Assembly (NCBI GenBank): GCA_022653695.1
Contig: JALCSW010000002.1
Coordinates: forward strand, 278,605-342,604
DNA from: Bacilli bacterium
GTDB lineage: Bacteria; Bacillota_I; Bacilli_A; RFN20; CAG-826
Length of the DNA stretch: 64,000 nt
Direction: 5' to 3'
A program made the position numbers and the translations under genes. Shown here in pieces: positions 15,685-24,682 of this stretch. Position 1 is the first letter of the stretch. Each line of letters opens with the position of its first letter. Under the pieces are notes generated by a model. It was not told the DNA's origin. It made no database searches and saw only the letters and a program-made list of their open reading frames with translations.

Positions 15685-16584
15685 GTTCTCGACGCCTTTC
15701 TCGACCCGGCCGACCCCGGCGATCTTGCTTTCGATGAGGCCGACGAGCCGATTGGCCATGATGGACGAGCCGCGCGAAGTCGAATAAAGCTCTTTGATCT
15801 CGGCGAGCGAATAGTCGCTGAGGAAAACGGTGAGCAGGTTCTTTTTGCCGCGTTCGGACAGCAAAGGCATGACGATTTGGTCGCGGACGTAATCGCTTTT
15901 GAACTCGCTGCCGAAATCGTCGATGACGAGAAGGGGGATACTCTCAAGCTCCTTTAGTTTCCCCTCGAAAAGAGGGCGCCTTTTCACGGCGTCCCCCTTG
16001 AGTTCGTCGAAACGGACGTTCGCGTTCATGAAGGCGACTTTCTCGCCCCGAAGCGCGTAGCCGTTGGCGAAAGCCGCCGTGAGGTAACTCCTTCCGCTGC
16101 CGACCTCGCCCATGAGGTAGACCCAGGGCTGGTTCCTGCTTTTCACCGCTTCCGCGAACAGGCGATAGACGTCCTGGACCCGCGAGGAATTCGAAAGGGA
16201 GGTCGGGACGAGGGAAAGCCACTCGTCTGGGAAATCGCGGCAGACGTATGAGGACAAAACGGTCTCGCGTCGCAAATAAAGGGGGCAAGGCCCATAGGTC
16301 CTTTCGAGGCGCCCCTCATTCAAAATGAGATCGCTCTGATGGAAGGGGGTGTCCTTCTGGCATGCGGAAAGCCCAGGGCAACGGGAACAGTAATCCACGT
16401 CTTCCTGATAGGCGGCGATAAGGCCGAGATTGGCCCTCACCTGAGCGCGGGAAAGCTTGAGTTCGCGAAGCTTTTTGGCCACGGGCTCATCCGCGGCGAA
16501 CGATTCCATCATGCGGACGGTCTCCTCTTCCGCGAGATGGCTGACGGGAACGATTTTGCCGATTTCCTCTTTGAAGTCCTTCAT
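15679..16584 (-). CDS. dnaI: primosomal helicase loader DnaI
   Basis: AAA+ motifs GEVGSGRSYL and LLVIDDFGSE. N-terminal Cys-rich region. Sits downstream of the dnaB-like gene as in Bacillus. Confidence 0.9.
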   Translation of the reverse strand: MKDFKEEIGKIVPVSHLAEEETVRMMESFAADEPVAKKLRELKLSRAQVRANLGLIAAYQEDVDYCSRCPGLSACQKDTPFHQSDLILNEGRLERTYGPCPLYLRRETVLSSYVCRDFPDEWLSLVPTSLSNSSRVQDVYRLFAEAVKSRNQPWVYLMGEVGSGRSYLTAAFANGYALRGEKVAFMNANVRFDELKGDAVKRRPLFEGKLKELESIPLLVIDDFGSEFKSDYVRDQIVMPLLSERGKKNLLTVFLSDYSLAEIKELYSTSRGSSIMANRLVGLIESKIAGVGRVEKGVENL

Positions 16585-16586
16585 CG

Positions 16587-17831
16587 TTATTTATCGTACA
16601 ACCCTTTCATCATCTTTTTAAAGTCCTCATCGCTCATGGATGGGTTCTCCTTCGGTTTGGAGGGAGCTTTTTCAGGAACGGGGGAAGAGGCGGGACGGGG
16701 GCTCTTGCGGCCCTTGGAGGTGGCGCTCAGATAGTTGAGGGCGTCCAAAGCGGTCGCGATCCGCTCACGGACGAGCGAAGCGGCGATCTTCTCGGTCAAT
16801 TTCTTGGAAAGGATATTCTTGTTTCGGGTCAGAACATAGAGCACGAGAGCATTGGTGACGGAGGCGGGCAAACCCATGTCGACGGTCAGTTCGCGAAGCA
16901 GTTCGAGATCGGCCTGGGCGGGCTTGCCCCCATGCTGAAGGCTCCGCAGATAGGCGGCGGGGGTAAGGCTTTCCATCTTTTTGAGGCAACCGGAAAGCTC
17001 GGCGTCGCCGTCCACCACCGATTTTTTCTGCGCGGCCCCTTGATGAAGGTAAGATAGGGGCAGGCTCTTTTCGCAATCGGCGGCGAAACCGTCGTAATCG
17101 AAACGGCTGCCTTTTTTGGCGAAGAAATCGTAATGGTCGTCCGCGAAATCGGCAATGGTCGCCTCATCGTAACTGTACAAAGCCGCCACGCGGGAGATCT
17201 TCGTGAGCTCACTCTCGGAAAAAGAGAGGTCGTTATAAAGGCTGTTGAGCTTTTGAAGGGCCGAAAGAAAGACGTTCCGATCGAAGCCGGTCCGCTCGCT
17301 GCCGCTTAGGCGGCCCCCGGTCGAAATGACGCTGTCGAGATAAGTCGGATCGCTGAAATCGGGAGCGAAGTACCGGGCGAAACTCTCGCTGCATTCCTCG
17401 TAGTCGGTCGGCGTTTTCATGACCGCGTAATGGGCGGCGAGGGCCTGGCACCTCTCCTTGCCCACCGCTTTCCGCAAAGTGCCGGCGAAAAGGACGTTCC
17501 CAAGGAATTCGCCCGGGGTCTTGGGGGCGTAAAGGCAATAGACGAAGCCAAGGCAGTTCTTCCCCGCTTTGGCGAAGGTGCGGACAAGGCTGACCGCCTC
17601 GAGGGCCTCGAGGGCGGCGTACCATTCGCCGGCGGATAGCCCCAAGCGGGCGAACAAGGACTCATGGGTCAGGAAAACGCCGGGCTTCTCGCGCGTGAGG
17701 GTGAGATAGGAGGCGATGGCCTTGGCGCCGATGAGCGGCTCATACAGATCGATGAGGTAACGAAGGTCGGGCCCGCCCAAAAGGGAAATCGGGCGAACCT
17801 GATAAATGTCGGATGGATTTGCTTGCTTCAT
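16587..17831 (-). CDS. dnaB: replication initiation/membrane attachment protein (Bacillus DnaB-like, DnaD-domain family)
   Basis: MKQANPSDIYQVRPISLLGGPDLRYLIDLYEPLIG is typical of Firmicutes DnaB. Position is upstream of dnaI. The start was chosen at ATG 17831; the track start at 17867 is an alternative. Confidence 0.8.
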   Translation of the reverse strand: MKQANPSDIYQVRPISLLGGPDLRYLIDLYEPLIGAKAIASYLTLTREKPGVFLTHESLFARLGLSAGEWYAALEALEAVSLVRTFAKAGKNCLGFVYCLYAPKTPGEFLGNVLFAGTLRKAVGKERCQALAAHYAVMKTPTDYEECSESFARYFAPDFSDPTYLDSVISTGGRLSGSERTGFDRNVFLSALQKLNSLYNDLSFSESELTKISRVAALYSYDEATIADFADDHYDFFAKKGSRFDYDGFAADCEKSLPLSYLHQGAAQKKSVVDGDAELSGCLKKMESLTPAAYLRSLQHGGKPAQADLELLRELTVDMGLPASVTNALVLYVLTRNKNILSKKLTEKIAASLVRERIATALDALNYLSATSKGRKSPRPASSPVPEKAPSKPKENPSMSDEDFKKMMKGLYDK

Positions 17832-17899
17832 GCAAGAAATCTTAGCATCACGCTTTCGCAAAATCACGTTTTATTCGATGGTTTCTAGTCTTTTTTAAT

Positions 17900-17908
17900 T
17901 TATCCACA
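17900..17908 (+). promoter_or_regulatory. perfect DnaA box TTATCCACA
   Basis: Exact 9-mer consensus in the dnaB-like / DUF2975 divergent intergenic region. Confidence 0.5.
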
Positions 17909-17976
17909 ATCGAGGAGGCCTCGTTTGCTCCGCTGGAAAGCCCACTTTTGGCAAGAATCCACCGCGCAGGCCCAAC

Positions 17977-17985
17977 TTTTCCACA
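17977..17985 (+). promoter_or_regulatory. DnaA box variant TTTTCCACA
   Basis: 8/9 match to the consensus, same orientation, 77 nt from the perfect box. Confidence 0.35.
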
Positions 17986-18081
17986 AAATAGCGGCGATAG
18001 GAGGGATAAGGCCTTGAGGCACGGTATTGTCCCGCTGAAGAGTTATTTTAACGTTTATCATTAATTTTTTAATATTTTTTG

Positions 18082-18110
18082 TTAACACTTTAATTTTTAT
18101 CATGTATACT
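18082..18110 (+). promoter_or_regulatory. promoter of the DUF2975/yozG-like operon
   Basis: TTAACA (18082..18087), 17 nt, TG-extended TATACT (18105..18110). AAAGGAG SD precedes ATG 18139. Confidence 0.6.
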
Positions 18111-18138
18111 ATTCCCGCTTCCAAAGGAGAAAGCAATT

Positions 18139-18708
18139 ATGGAAAAAGCCCCAAACGAGAGCGAAAAAGCGAGGAAGGCGCTGATCGTCATCTCCAAAAT
18201 CTGCTATGTCATCGCCCTCATTCTCATGGTCTTATGCTTCATCGCCGCCGGTTTTGGCCTTATCGGCGTCATCGTCTCGCCATTCGTGCCTTACGATTGG
18301 ATCAAAGATTTCGTCTTGGCCCATCCGAACAGTTACCACGACACCGCGTTCCTCGCTTACGTAAACGTGAAATACGCCGAGGTCGCTTGCGTCTATGCCC
18401 TTTTGGGCGCGGGCGTCTCCGGGGTGAGCATGCTTTTCGCCCGCAACCTTTTCGGATCCATCAAGGAAGCCAACACCCCTTTCGCCGAGAAAGCGGTCAG
18501 CAGCCTCAACATGATCGGTCTTTTCGCCTTGATCCAGGCGATCGCCGTCCCCGTCGTCCTTTCGATCGTCACCGCGGCGACGGGCACCGGGGACGCCTTC
18601 GATTCCTGGGATTTCGGCAACGTCTTCTTCGCCCTCTTCGTCTTTGCCCTTTCCTTAGTCTTCAAGTATGGCGTGTCCCTTCAAAAGCAAGCGGACACGA
18701 CCCTATAA
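18139..18708 (+). CDS. DUF2975-like multi-pass membrane protein
   Basis: Four hydrophobic helices. It pairs with a YozG-type HTH gene immediately downstream, which is the usual arrangement for this family. Confidence 0.7.
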   Translation: MEKAPNESEKARKALIVISKICYVIALILMVLCFIAAGFGLIGVIVSPFVPYDWIKDFVLAHPNSYHDTAFLAYVNVKYAEVACVYALLGAGVSGVSMLFARNLFGSIKEANTPFAEKAVSSLNMIGLFALIQAIAVPVVLSIVTAATGTGDAFDSWDFGNVFFALFVFALSLVFKYGVSLQKQADTTL

Positions 18709-18718
18709 GGCGCCGACG

Positions 18719-18922
18719 ATGATCGTTTTGCGTCTCGACCGCGTCATGGCGGACCGGAAGATGTCCTTAAACGAATTGGCCGCGAAAGTCGGAATCAGCA
18801 ACGTCAACCTCTCCAACATCAAAACCGGCAAAATCTCCGCCATCCGCTTTTCCACCCTCAATGGCATCTGCCAAGCCCTCAACTGCCAACCGGGCGACGT
18901 CCTCGAATATCGGGAAGAGTAA
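18719..18922 (+). CDS. YozG-like XRE/Cro-type HTH transcriptional regulator (67 aa)
   Basis: MIVLRLDRVMADRKMSLNELAAKVGISNVNLSNIKTGK...GDVLEY. The start was chosen at the internal Met. Confidence 0.85.
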   Translation: MIVLRLDRVMADRKMSLNELAAKVGISNVNLSNIKTGKISAIRFSTLNGICQALNCQPGDVLEYREE

Positions 18923-18931
18923 TAAGGAAAA

Positions 18932-18966
18932 GGCCGTCGTCCAAAAAAAAGGATGATGGCCTTTTT
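18932..18966 (+). terminator. rho-independent terminator
   Basis: GGCCGTCGTCC / GGATGATGGCC stem (with G-U pairs) followed by TTTTT. Confidence 0.6.
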
Positions 18967-19107
18967 CGTCATCAATTGAGGGTTTTAGCTCACGGACGGG
19001 TCGTTCGCGACCCCGTTTTCGGCAAGAAGAGGGAACTATCGACGCCTTGTCCTTTATATTAAATAAAGGAATGAAGTATAATGAAAGGCGATTTCGAGGT
19101 TTTTCCC

Positions 19108-20073
19108 ATGATACATCGCATCGGCATCCTTACCTCCGGCGGCGACTCCCCCGGCATGAACTGCGCCATCCGCGCCGTCGTGCGGGCCGGCTTGTCCTAT
19201 GGGCTTGAGGTTTACGGCATCTATGACGGCTACAAAGGCACGGTCGAGGGGAACATCGTCAAACTCGACCGCAAGAGCGTTTCCGACATCGTCAACCGCG
19301 GCGGCACCGTTTTGCGGACAGCCCGATTGAAGGAATTCAAAGAGGTCTCGGTCCGCGAAAAGGCGGTCGCGCAACTCAAGAAATTCGGCATTGAGGCCAT
19401 CGTCGTCATCGGCGGCGACGGCTCCTACATGGGGGCCAAGCGCCTCACCGAAATGGGCATCAACTGCGTCGGGCTCCCCGGCACTATCGACAACGATATC
19501 GCCTCGACCGACTACACGATCGGTTTCGACACCTGTCTCAACACCATCTGCGACTGCGTCGACAAAATAAGGGACACCACCGAAAGCCACTCCCGCTGCT
19601 CCATCATCGAAGTCATGGGCAACCATTGCGGCGATTTGGCCCTTTTCAGCGGCCTTGCCGAAGGCGCCGAGATGATCATCACCCCGGATCACCCGATCCC
19701 CGAAGAGGAAATCATGCGCACCCTCAAGCAAATGCACGACAGCGACGACAACAAACGCGCCATCGTCATCGTGAGCGAAAAGCTCTATCCCAATATCTAC
19801 GAATTCGCCGAGCGGGTCCAAAAGGAGACCGGCTTCGACACGCGCGCCGACATCCTCGGACACGTTCAGCGCGGCGGCGCCCCGAGCGCCTTCGACCGTA
19901 TCTTGGCTTCCCGCATGGGCGCCTACGCGGTCGATTGCCTGCTGGAGGGGAAAGGCGGCATCTGCATCGGCATGGTCAACAACAAGATCGTCGACTACGA
20001 CATCTACGACGCCCTCGCCCTCCCGCGCGACAAGCACGTCAGCATGTTGCGTTTGATCGATATCCTTAAGTAA
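19108..20073 (+). CDS. pfkA: ATP-dependent 6-phosphofructokinase
   Basis: MIHRIGILTSGGDSPGMN..., GGDGS, PGTIDND motifs. GAGGT SD 7 nt upstream. Confidence 0.95.
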   Translation: MIHRIGILTSGGDSPGMNCAIRAVVRAGLSYGLEVYGIYDGYKGTVEGNIVKLDRKSVSDIVNRGGTVLRTARLKEFKEVSVREKAVAQLKKFGIEAIVVIGGDGSYMGAKRLTEMGINCVGLPGTIDNDIASTDYTIGFDTCLNTICDCVDKIRDTTESHSRCSIIEVMGNHCGDLALFSGLAEGAEMIITPDHPIPEEEIMRTLKQMHDSDDNKRAIVIVSEKLYPNIYEFAERVQKETGFDTRADILGHVQRGGAPSAFDRILASRMGAYAVDCLLEGKGGICIGMVNNKIVDYDIYDALALPRDKHVSMLRLIDILK

Positions 20074-20100
20074 CCGCGCCATCGAAGGGAGGCTTCACGC

Positions 20101-21558
20101 ATGAAACTTAATATCGGCAAAAAAACCAAAATCGTCTGCACCATCGGGCCGGCGAGCGATACGCCCGAGATGATTTTGAAGCTTTACGAGGCCGGCATGA
20201 ACGTCATGCGCGTCAACTTTTCGCACGGAACCCACGAGGAACAGCTCGCCAAAGTCAGAATCGCCCGTTCTTTCGAGAGCAAATACGGGATTTACATCCC
20301 CGTGGCGCTCGACACCAAGGGGCCGGAAATCCGAACGGGTTACATGGAAAACGGCTGCGTTGAGGTCAAGAAAGGGCAAGTCATGCGGATAACCGCCGAG
20401 AAAATCGTCGGCAACGCGCAGCGGTTTCAGTGCACCTATGGCGGTCTCTATGGCGACGTCTCCGTCGGCGAGCCCATTCTGATCGACGACGGGAACCTTA
20501 TCATGAGGGTGATCGAAAAAGACGAGAAGAGCCACGAAATCGTCGTGGAGGCCCAGAACGACCATTGCATCAAGGACCAAAAGGGCATGAATATCCCGAT
20601 GTCCAAGCTTTCAATGCCTTATATCTCCCCGCAGGACGAGGACGATCTTAGGTTCGGCTGCGAGAACGACATGGACGCGATCTTCGCTTCCTTTTGCCGC
20701 CGGCCCGAGGATATTCGCGACATCAAGGCGATCCTTCGGAAATACGGCAAGCCCGACATCCCCGTCTTCCCGAAGATCGAGAACCCGGAAGCCGTGGGCA
20801 AAATCGAGGATATCGTCAAGGCCGCCGACGGCGTCATGGTCGCCCGCGGCGATTTGGGCGACGAGATTCCACCCGAGAGAGTGCCGCTCGTGCAGCGGAA
20901 GATCATCCGCCTTTGCCGCGAACTCGGCAAACCCGTCATCACCGCCACCCAAATGCTCGATAGCATGACGACGCATCCGCGCCCGACGAGGGCCGAGGTG
21001 AGCGACGTCGCCACCGCGATTGACGAAAGCAGCGACTGCGTCATGCTTTCCGGCGAATCGGCTTCGGGCCAATACCCCGTCGAATCGGTCAAAATGCAGG
21101 CCGCGATCGCCAGCGCGATGGAGGCTGAACTCCCATACGAGAAACTAGCCCAGGAGGCTTTCGACACCAGCGAGCGGACCAATAACGACGCCATCGCCAA
21201 TTCCATAGCCACCACCGCCCTTTTGATCGGGGCCAAGCTCATCATCAACTTCACCCAGACGGGCAATAGCAGCCGCCGCATCAGCAAGGCGCGCCCCTGC
21301 TGCCCCATAATTTCGGTGACCAACAGCCGCAAGACGGCGCTTCGTTGCGCCTGGATGTGGGGCGTCTATAGCGTCCTTATCAAAACCGCGATGCCGGACT
21401 TCATTGAGGAAATGGAGGTCCTGGCGCTCAAAGTGGCCCGCGACCTTGGCCTCGAAGCCGGGACTCCGGTCATCATCGCCGGCGGCACGCCCACGGGCGC
21501 CGGCAAAACGAACTTCATGCGCATCGTCAACGTCAATAGCGTCAAGGACCTCGACTGA
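20101..21558 (+). CDS. pyk: pyruvate kinase
   Basis: KIVCTIGPAS, NFSHG, MVARGDLG motifs. No PEP-utiliser extension. Confidence 0.97.
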   Translation: MKLNIGKKTKIVCTIGPASDTPEMILKLYEAGMNVMRVNFSHGTHEEQLAKVRIARSFESKYGIYIPVALDTKGPEIRTGYMENGCVEVKKGQVMRITAEKIVGNAQRFQCTYGGLYGDVSVGEPILIDDGNLIMRVIEKDEKSHEIVVEAQNDHCIKDQKGMNIPMSKLSMPYISPQDEDDLRFGCENDMDAIFASFCRRPEDIRDIKAILRKYGKPDIPVFPKIENPEAVGKIEDIVKAADGVMVARGDLGDEIPPERVPLVQRKIIRLCRELGKPVITATQMLDSMTTHPRPTRAEVSDVATAIDESSDCVMLSGESASGQYPVESVKMQAAIASAMEAELPYEKLAQEAFDTSERTNNDAIANSIATTALLIGAKLIINFTQTGNSSRRISKARPCCPIISVTNSRKTALRCAWMWGVYSVLIKTAMPDFIEEMEVLALKVARDLGLEAGTPVIIAGGTPTGAGKTNFMRIVNVNSVKDLD

Positions 21559-22400
21559 TGGGCAAAATCGTCTCTCTCGACATCGGCGGCACGAACACCC
21601 GGGTCGCCCTCGTCAACGAGAAACACGAAATCGAATCGATCCACGTTGCCCCCACCGTCGTCGGCAACGTCGAATTGTTTTTGGCCTCCGTCAAAAAAGA
21701 CATCGAGGACGCACTGACGAGTTGGAACGACGTCAAGGCGATCGCGGTGGGCGTTCCGGGCCGAGTCCGCTACGACGGCTTCATCTACGCGCTCCCCAAC
21801 ATCCACGTCGACAATATCCCTCTAGCGCCCTATCTCTTCACGGCCTTTCACATTCCCGCTTTCGTCATCAATGACGCCGAGGCGGCCTCCCTCGCCGAGG
21901 CTAACGTCGGCAAATTCAAAAGTTGCCACAGCGTCTATTTCGTCACTATCTCCACCGGCATCGGCGGGGCTCTTTGCGTGGACGGCAAACTTCGGGGGAG
22001 CAGTTACGAAGTCGGCCATACGATGACTGAATATCGCGGGCAGATCCACGAATTCGAGCATTTGGCCAGCGGAAGCGGCATCGTTCGCCTCTGCGACCAA
22101 AACGGATTCTCGGTCGCCTCGAGCCGCGAGTTTTTCCAACTTGTCAGAAACGGCCATGAAGCCGCCGAAGGAATCTACCGCGATTGGATCCGCCTGATGG
22201 CCGACTGGCTCGAAATGAATCAGCGCAACTTCCAGCCCGATGTCTTCACCATCACGGGCGGGGTCGCCAAAAACAGCGGCCTTTTCCTCCCCGATCTCCG
22301 CAAAGCGGCCCCCGACTGCCGACTGGAGCTTTGCTCCTGCGGCGAGCAAGCCGGCCTAATCGGCGCGGCGGTCCTCGGCTTTCAGAAGACCAAAGGATAG
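21558..22400 (+). CDS. ROK family sugar kinase (glucokinase-like)
   Basis: LDIGGTNTRVALV and ISTGIGGAL motifs. The start overlaps the pyk stop (TGATG). Confidence 0.8.
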   Translation: MGKIVSLDIGGTNTRVALVNEKHEIESIHVAPTVVGNVELFLASVKKDIEDALTSWNDVKAIAVGVPGRVRYDGFIYALPNIHVDNIPLAPYLFTAFHIPAFVINDAEAASLAEANVGKFKSCHSVYFVTISTGIGGALCVDGKLRGSSYEVGHTMTEYRGQIHEFEHLASGSGIVRLCDQNGFSVASSREFFQLVRNGHEAAEGIYRDWIRLMADWLEMNQRNFQPDVFTITGGVAKNSGLFLPDLRKAAPDCRLELCSCGEQAGLIGAAVLGFQKTKG

Positions 22401-22508
22401 GCAACCCGTCTTACAATCGGCTTCGCCAGCGTTTTTTTTCGTTTTTAGAAAAGAATTCTCTTTGTTTCCGCCATCGCCTATAATTTGAGAGTTACGGAGG
22501 TTCCCCCA

Positions 22509-23453
22509 ATGGCTAACGAAAAACGGTTGACGGACGGGGACGTGGTCATCGAAACCAAGCGGCTCAGCAAGCGCTACGGCGGGTGCTTGGCCCTCAACGA
22601 CGTCACTTTATCCGTCAAAAAGGGCCAACTCATCGGCCTCGTCGGCAAAAACGGCGCCGGCAAAACGACGTTGATTCGACTCCTCACGGGCGTCGCTCGC
22701 CCCACAAGCGGCACCATATCCATTTTTGGAAGCCAAAACGCCAAGGAACTCGAATCCAACCTCTCGCGAGTCGCGGCGATGGTCGAGCAACCGGCTCTTT
22801 ACGAGAACATGACGACCACTCAGAACCTTATGACCGAATGCATCCTCAACGGCGTCAAGGACCCCATTAAGAGCGGTTATATTCAGGATAAACTCAATTT
22901 CGTCGGCCTGCCGGAAAGTTTCACCGATAAACGCCACGTGAAAAACTATAGTTTAGGCATGCGACAGCGCGTGGGCATCGCGATGGCGATGATTGGCGAT
23001 CCGGAGCTCATGATCCTCGACGAGCCGACCAACGGCCTCGATCCGGAAGGCATCCGCCAGATCCGCGAACTGCTTCTCAAACTCAACAAGCAGGGCATCA
23101 CCATCATCGTTTCGAGCCATATCCTTTCGGAGCTTTCGAAATTTGCCTCCACTTACGTCTTCATCGACAAAGGCTGCTTGGTCGAGGAGATCAGCGCCGC
23201 TGACCTTGAGAAGAAGGTGGGCAAGATAATCATCGTCAGAACGAGCGACAACGAGAAGGCCCAAAAGGCCCTCCTCGAAGCCAAATTCGACAGCGAGATC
23301 GTGAAGGACGCCCTCAACGTCCACAATATCAAGGAACCGGCCGAGGTCATCAACGTCCTGAACGAAAACGGCGTTTCCTTGCTCGGGCTTAAGGAAGAGG
23401 AAAACTCCCTTGAGGATTATTTCGTCGACGTAATCGGAGGAAACAAGCGATGA
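22509..23453 (+). CDS. ABC transporter ATP-binding protein
   Basis: Walker A GKNGAGKTT, signature YSLGMRQR, Walker B LMILDEP. GGAGG SD. Confidence 0.9.
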   Translation: MANEKRLTDGDVVIETKRLSKRYGGCLALNDVTLSVKKGQLIGLVGKNGAGKTTLIRLLTGVARPTSGTISIFGSQNAKELESNLSRVAAMVEQPALYENMTTTQNLMTECILNGVKDPIKSGYIQDKLNFVGLPESFTDKRHVKNYSLGMRQRVGIAMAMIGDPELMILDEPTNGLDPEGIRQIRELLLKLNKQGITIIVSSHILSELSKFASTYVFIDKGCLVEEISAADLEKKVGKIIIVRTSDNEKAQKALLEAKFDSEIVKDALNVHNIKEPAEVINVLNENGVSLLGLKEEENSLEDYFVDVIGGNKR

Positions 23454-24400
23454 AACGTCTTCTCAAACTTTATTATTACCGCTCCCTCCGTGAGAAACCC
23501 GTTCTCATTTTCTTGCTCGTCATCGGGTTCCTTGGGCTTTTAATTGGCATAAACGTCGGCAGCGGCTACGCCCAAAGCATCCAATCAGGCGTGAGTCCAA
23601 GCGACCTTTCCGGGATCGCCGACTGGACATTGATTGGATTTTCGACCGGCCTTTCCTTCAACCTAAGCGTTTTTTCAGTCACCGCTCTTAGCGGTAATTC
23701 CGTCATCACCGTCGTCAGCAACTACCTTCAAATCGGCCTTTGGTCGCTCATCGTCATCACTCTTTTCATCGGGCGCGAGTGGCGCGAACGGACCTTCCGC
23801 AACCAAATTTTGGCGGGCGAAAGCCGGATTGCCATCTACCTGTCCTCACTCGTCGTCTCAGCGACGATCGGGCTCATCAACCTCATCGCTTTCCTTGGCC
23901 TTTTCATGATCGGCGCCTCGTTGTTCGGCGTCCCTTTCTTCCTCCCTTCGGAAAGCTCCCTCATCGGGGCGTGGTGGGTGGCCTTCTTCCTGTGCCTCCT
24001 TATTTTCCTCACCTTCATCACCGCCGCGGTCTGCTTCAGTTATCTCATCCCCAACTCCTGGGGCGCCCTGGGGGTTTTTGTCGGCGGATCCGCCGCCATT
24101 TCCCTCTTCACTTTGATTATCGACGCCGCCTGCCTCAACACCGGAACCGTATGCTATCTCTTCGAGAACTTCCTGACGCCGTACCAATACTCCCGGCTGT
24201 CAACCCTTTCTTACGATTCGGCCATCGCCTCGTACACCTCCATCGTCAACTCGTATTCCGGAAACACGACTTACGTTCCGGTCATCAGCACGGGCCATTC
24301 GACTTCCTTCATTCTCACGACCGTCTTCAGCAATCTCTTCTATATGGCGGTCACCACCTTCTTCGGCGCCCTTTCCTTCGTCAAACGCGACCTTAAATAA
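23450..24400 (+). CDS. ABC-2 type transporter permease
   Basis: About six hydrophobic helices. ATGA overlap with the ATPase gene. Confidence 0.75.
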   Translation: MKRLLKLYYYRSLREKPVLIFLLVIGFLGLLIGINVGSGYAQSIQSGVSPSDLSGIADWTLIGFSTGLSFNLSVFSVTALSGNSVITVVSNYLQIGLWSLIVITLFIGREWRERTFRNQILAGESRIAIYLSSLVVSATIGLINLIAFLGLFMIGASLFGVPFFLPSESSLIGAWWVAFFLCLLIFLTFITAAVCFSYLIPNSWGALGVFVGGSAAISLFTLIIDAACLNTGTVCYLFENFLTPYQYSRLSTLSYDSAIASYTSIVNSYSGNTTYVPVISTGHSTSFILTTVFSNLFYMAVTTFFGALSFVKRDLK

Positions 24401-24413
24401 AGGCACTCGTTGC

Positions 24414-24443
24414 GAGCCTTTCTTTTCGAGAGGCTCTTTTTTT
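24414..24443 (+). terminator. rho-independent terminator
   Basis: GAGCCTTTC / GAGAGGCTC stem followed by T7. Confidence 0.6.
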
Positions 24444-24453
24444 GCTATTTTCA

Positions 24454-24481
24454 TTGACTAATCGCCCACTTCTCCTAGAAT
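24454..24481 (+). promoter_or_regulatory. thrS promoter
   Basis: TTGACT (24454..24459), 16 nt, TAGAAT (24476..24481). Confidence 0.6.
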
Positions 24482-24487
24482 GAAGGC

Positions 24488-24670
24488 AGCGAAGACGGAG
24501 ACACACTCAAAGGCCATATAGGCCTATGGAGCACCACTCCCGAGCCCCTGACGATGAGCCAGGCGTACCGGCACCGCGTTAAGGGACGAGAGGGGTCGTT
24601 AGACCCGAAGCAAGGTGGTACCGCGCGGAAGCGCCCTTCAGAGTGGGGCGTTTTATTTTTCGCCCCCGAA
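24488..24670 (+). promoter_or_regulatory. T-box leader (candidate Thr ACC specifier) with terminator
   Basis: T-box core GGTGGTACCGCG at 24614..24625. Terminator GCGCCC...GGGGCG plus a U-run at 24631..24660. Candidate ACC specifier at 24533..24535 followed by A. Sits directly upstream of thrS. Confidence 0.8.
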
Positions 24671-24682
24671 AGGAATCGCATC

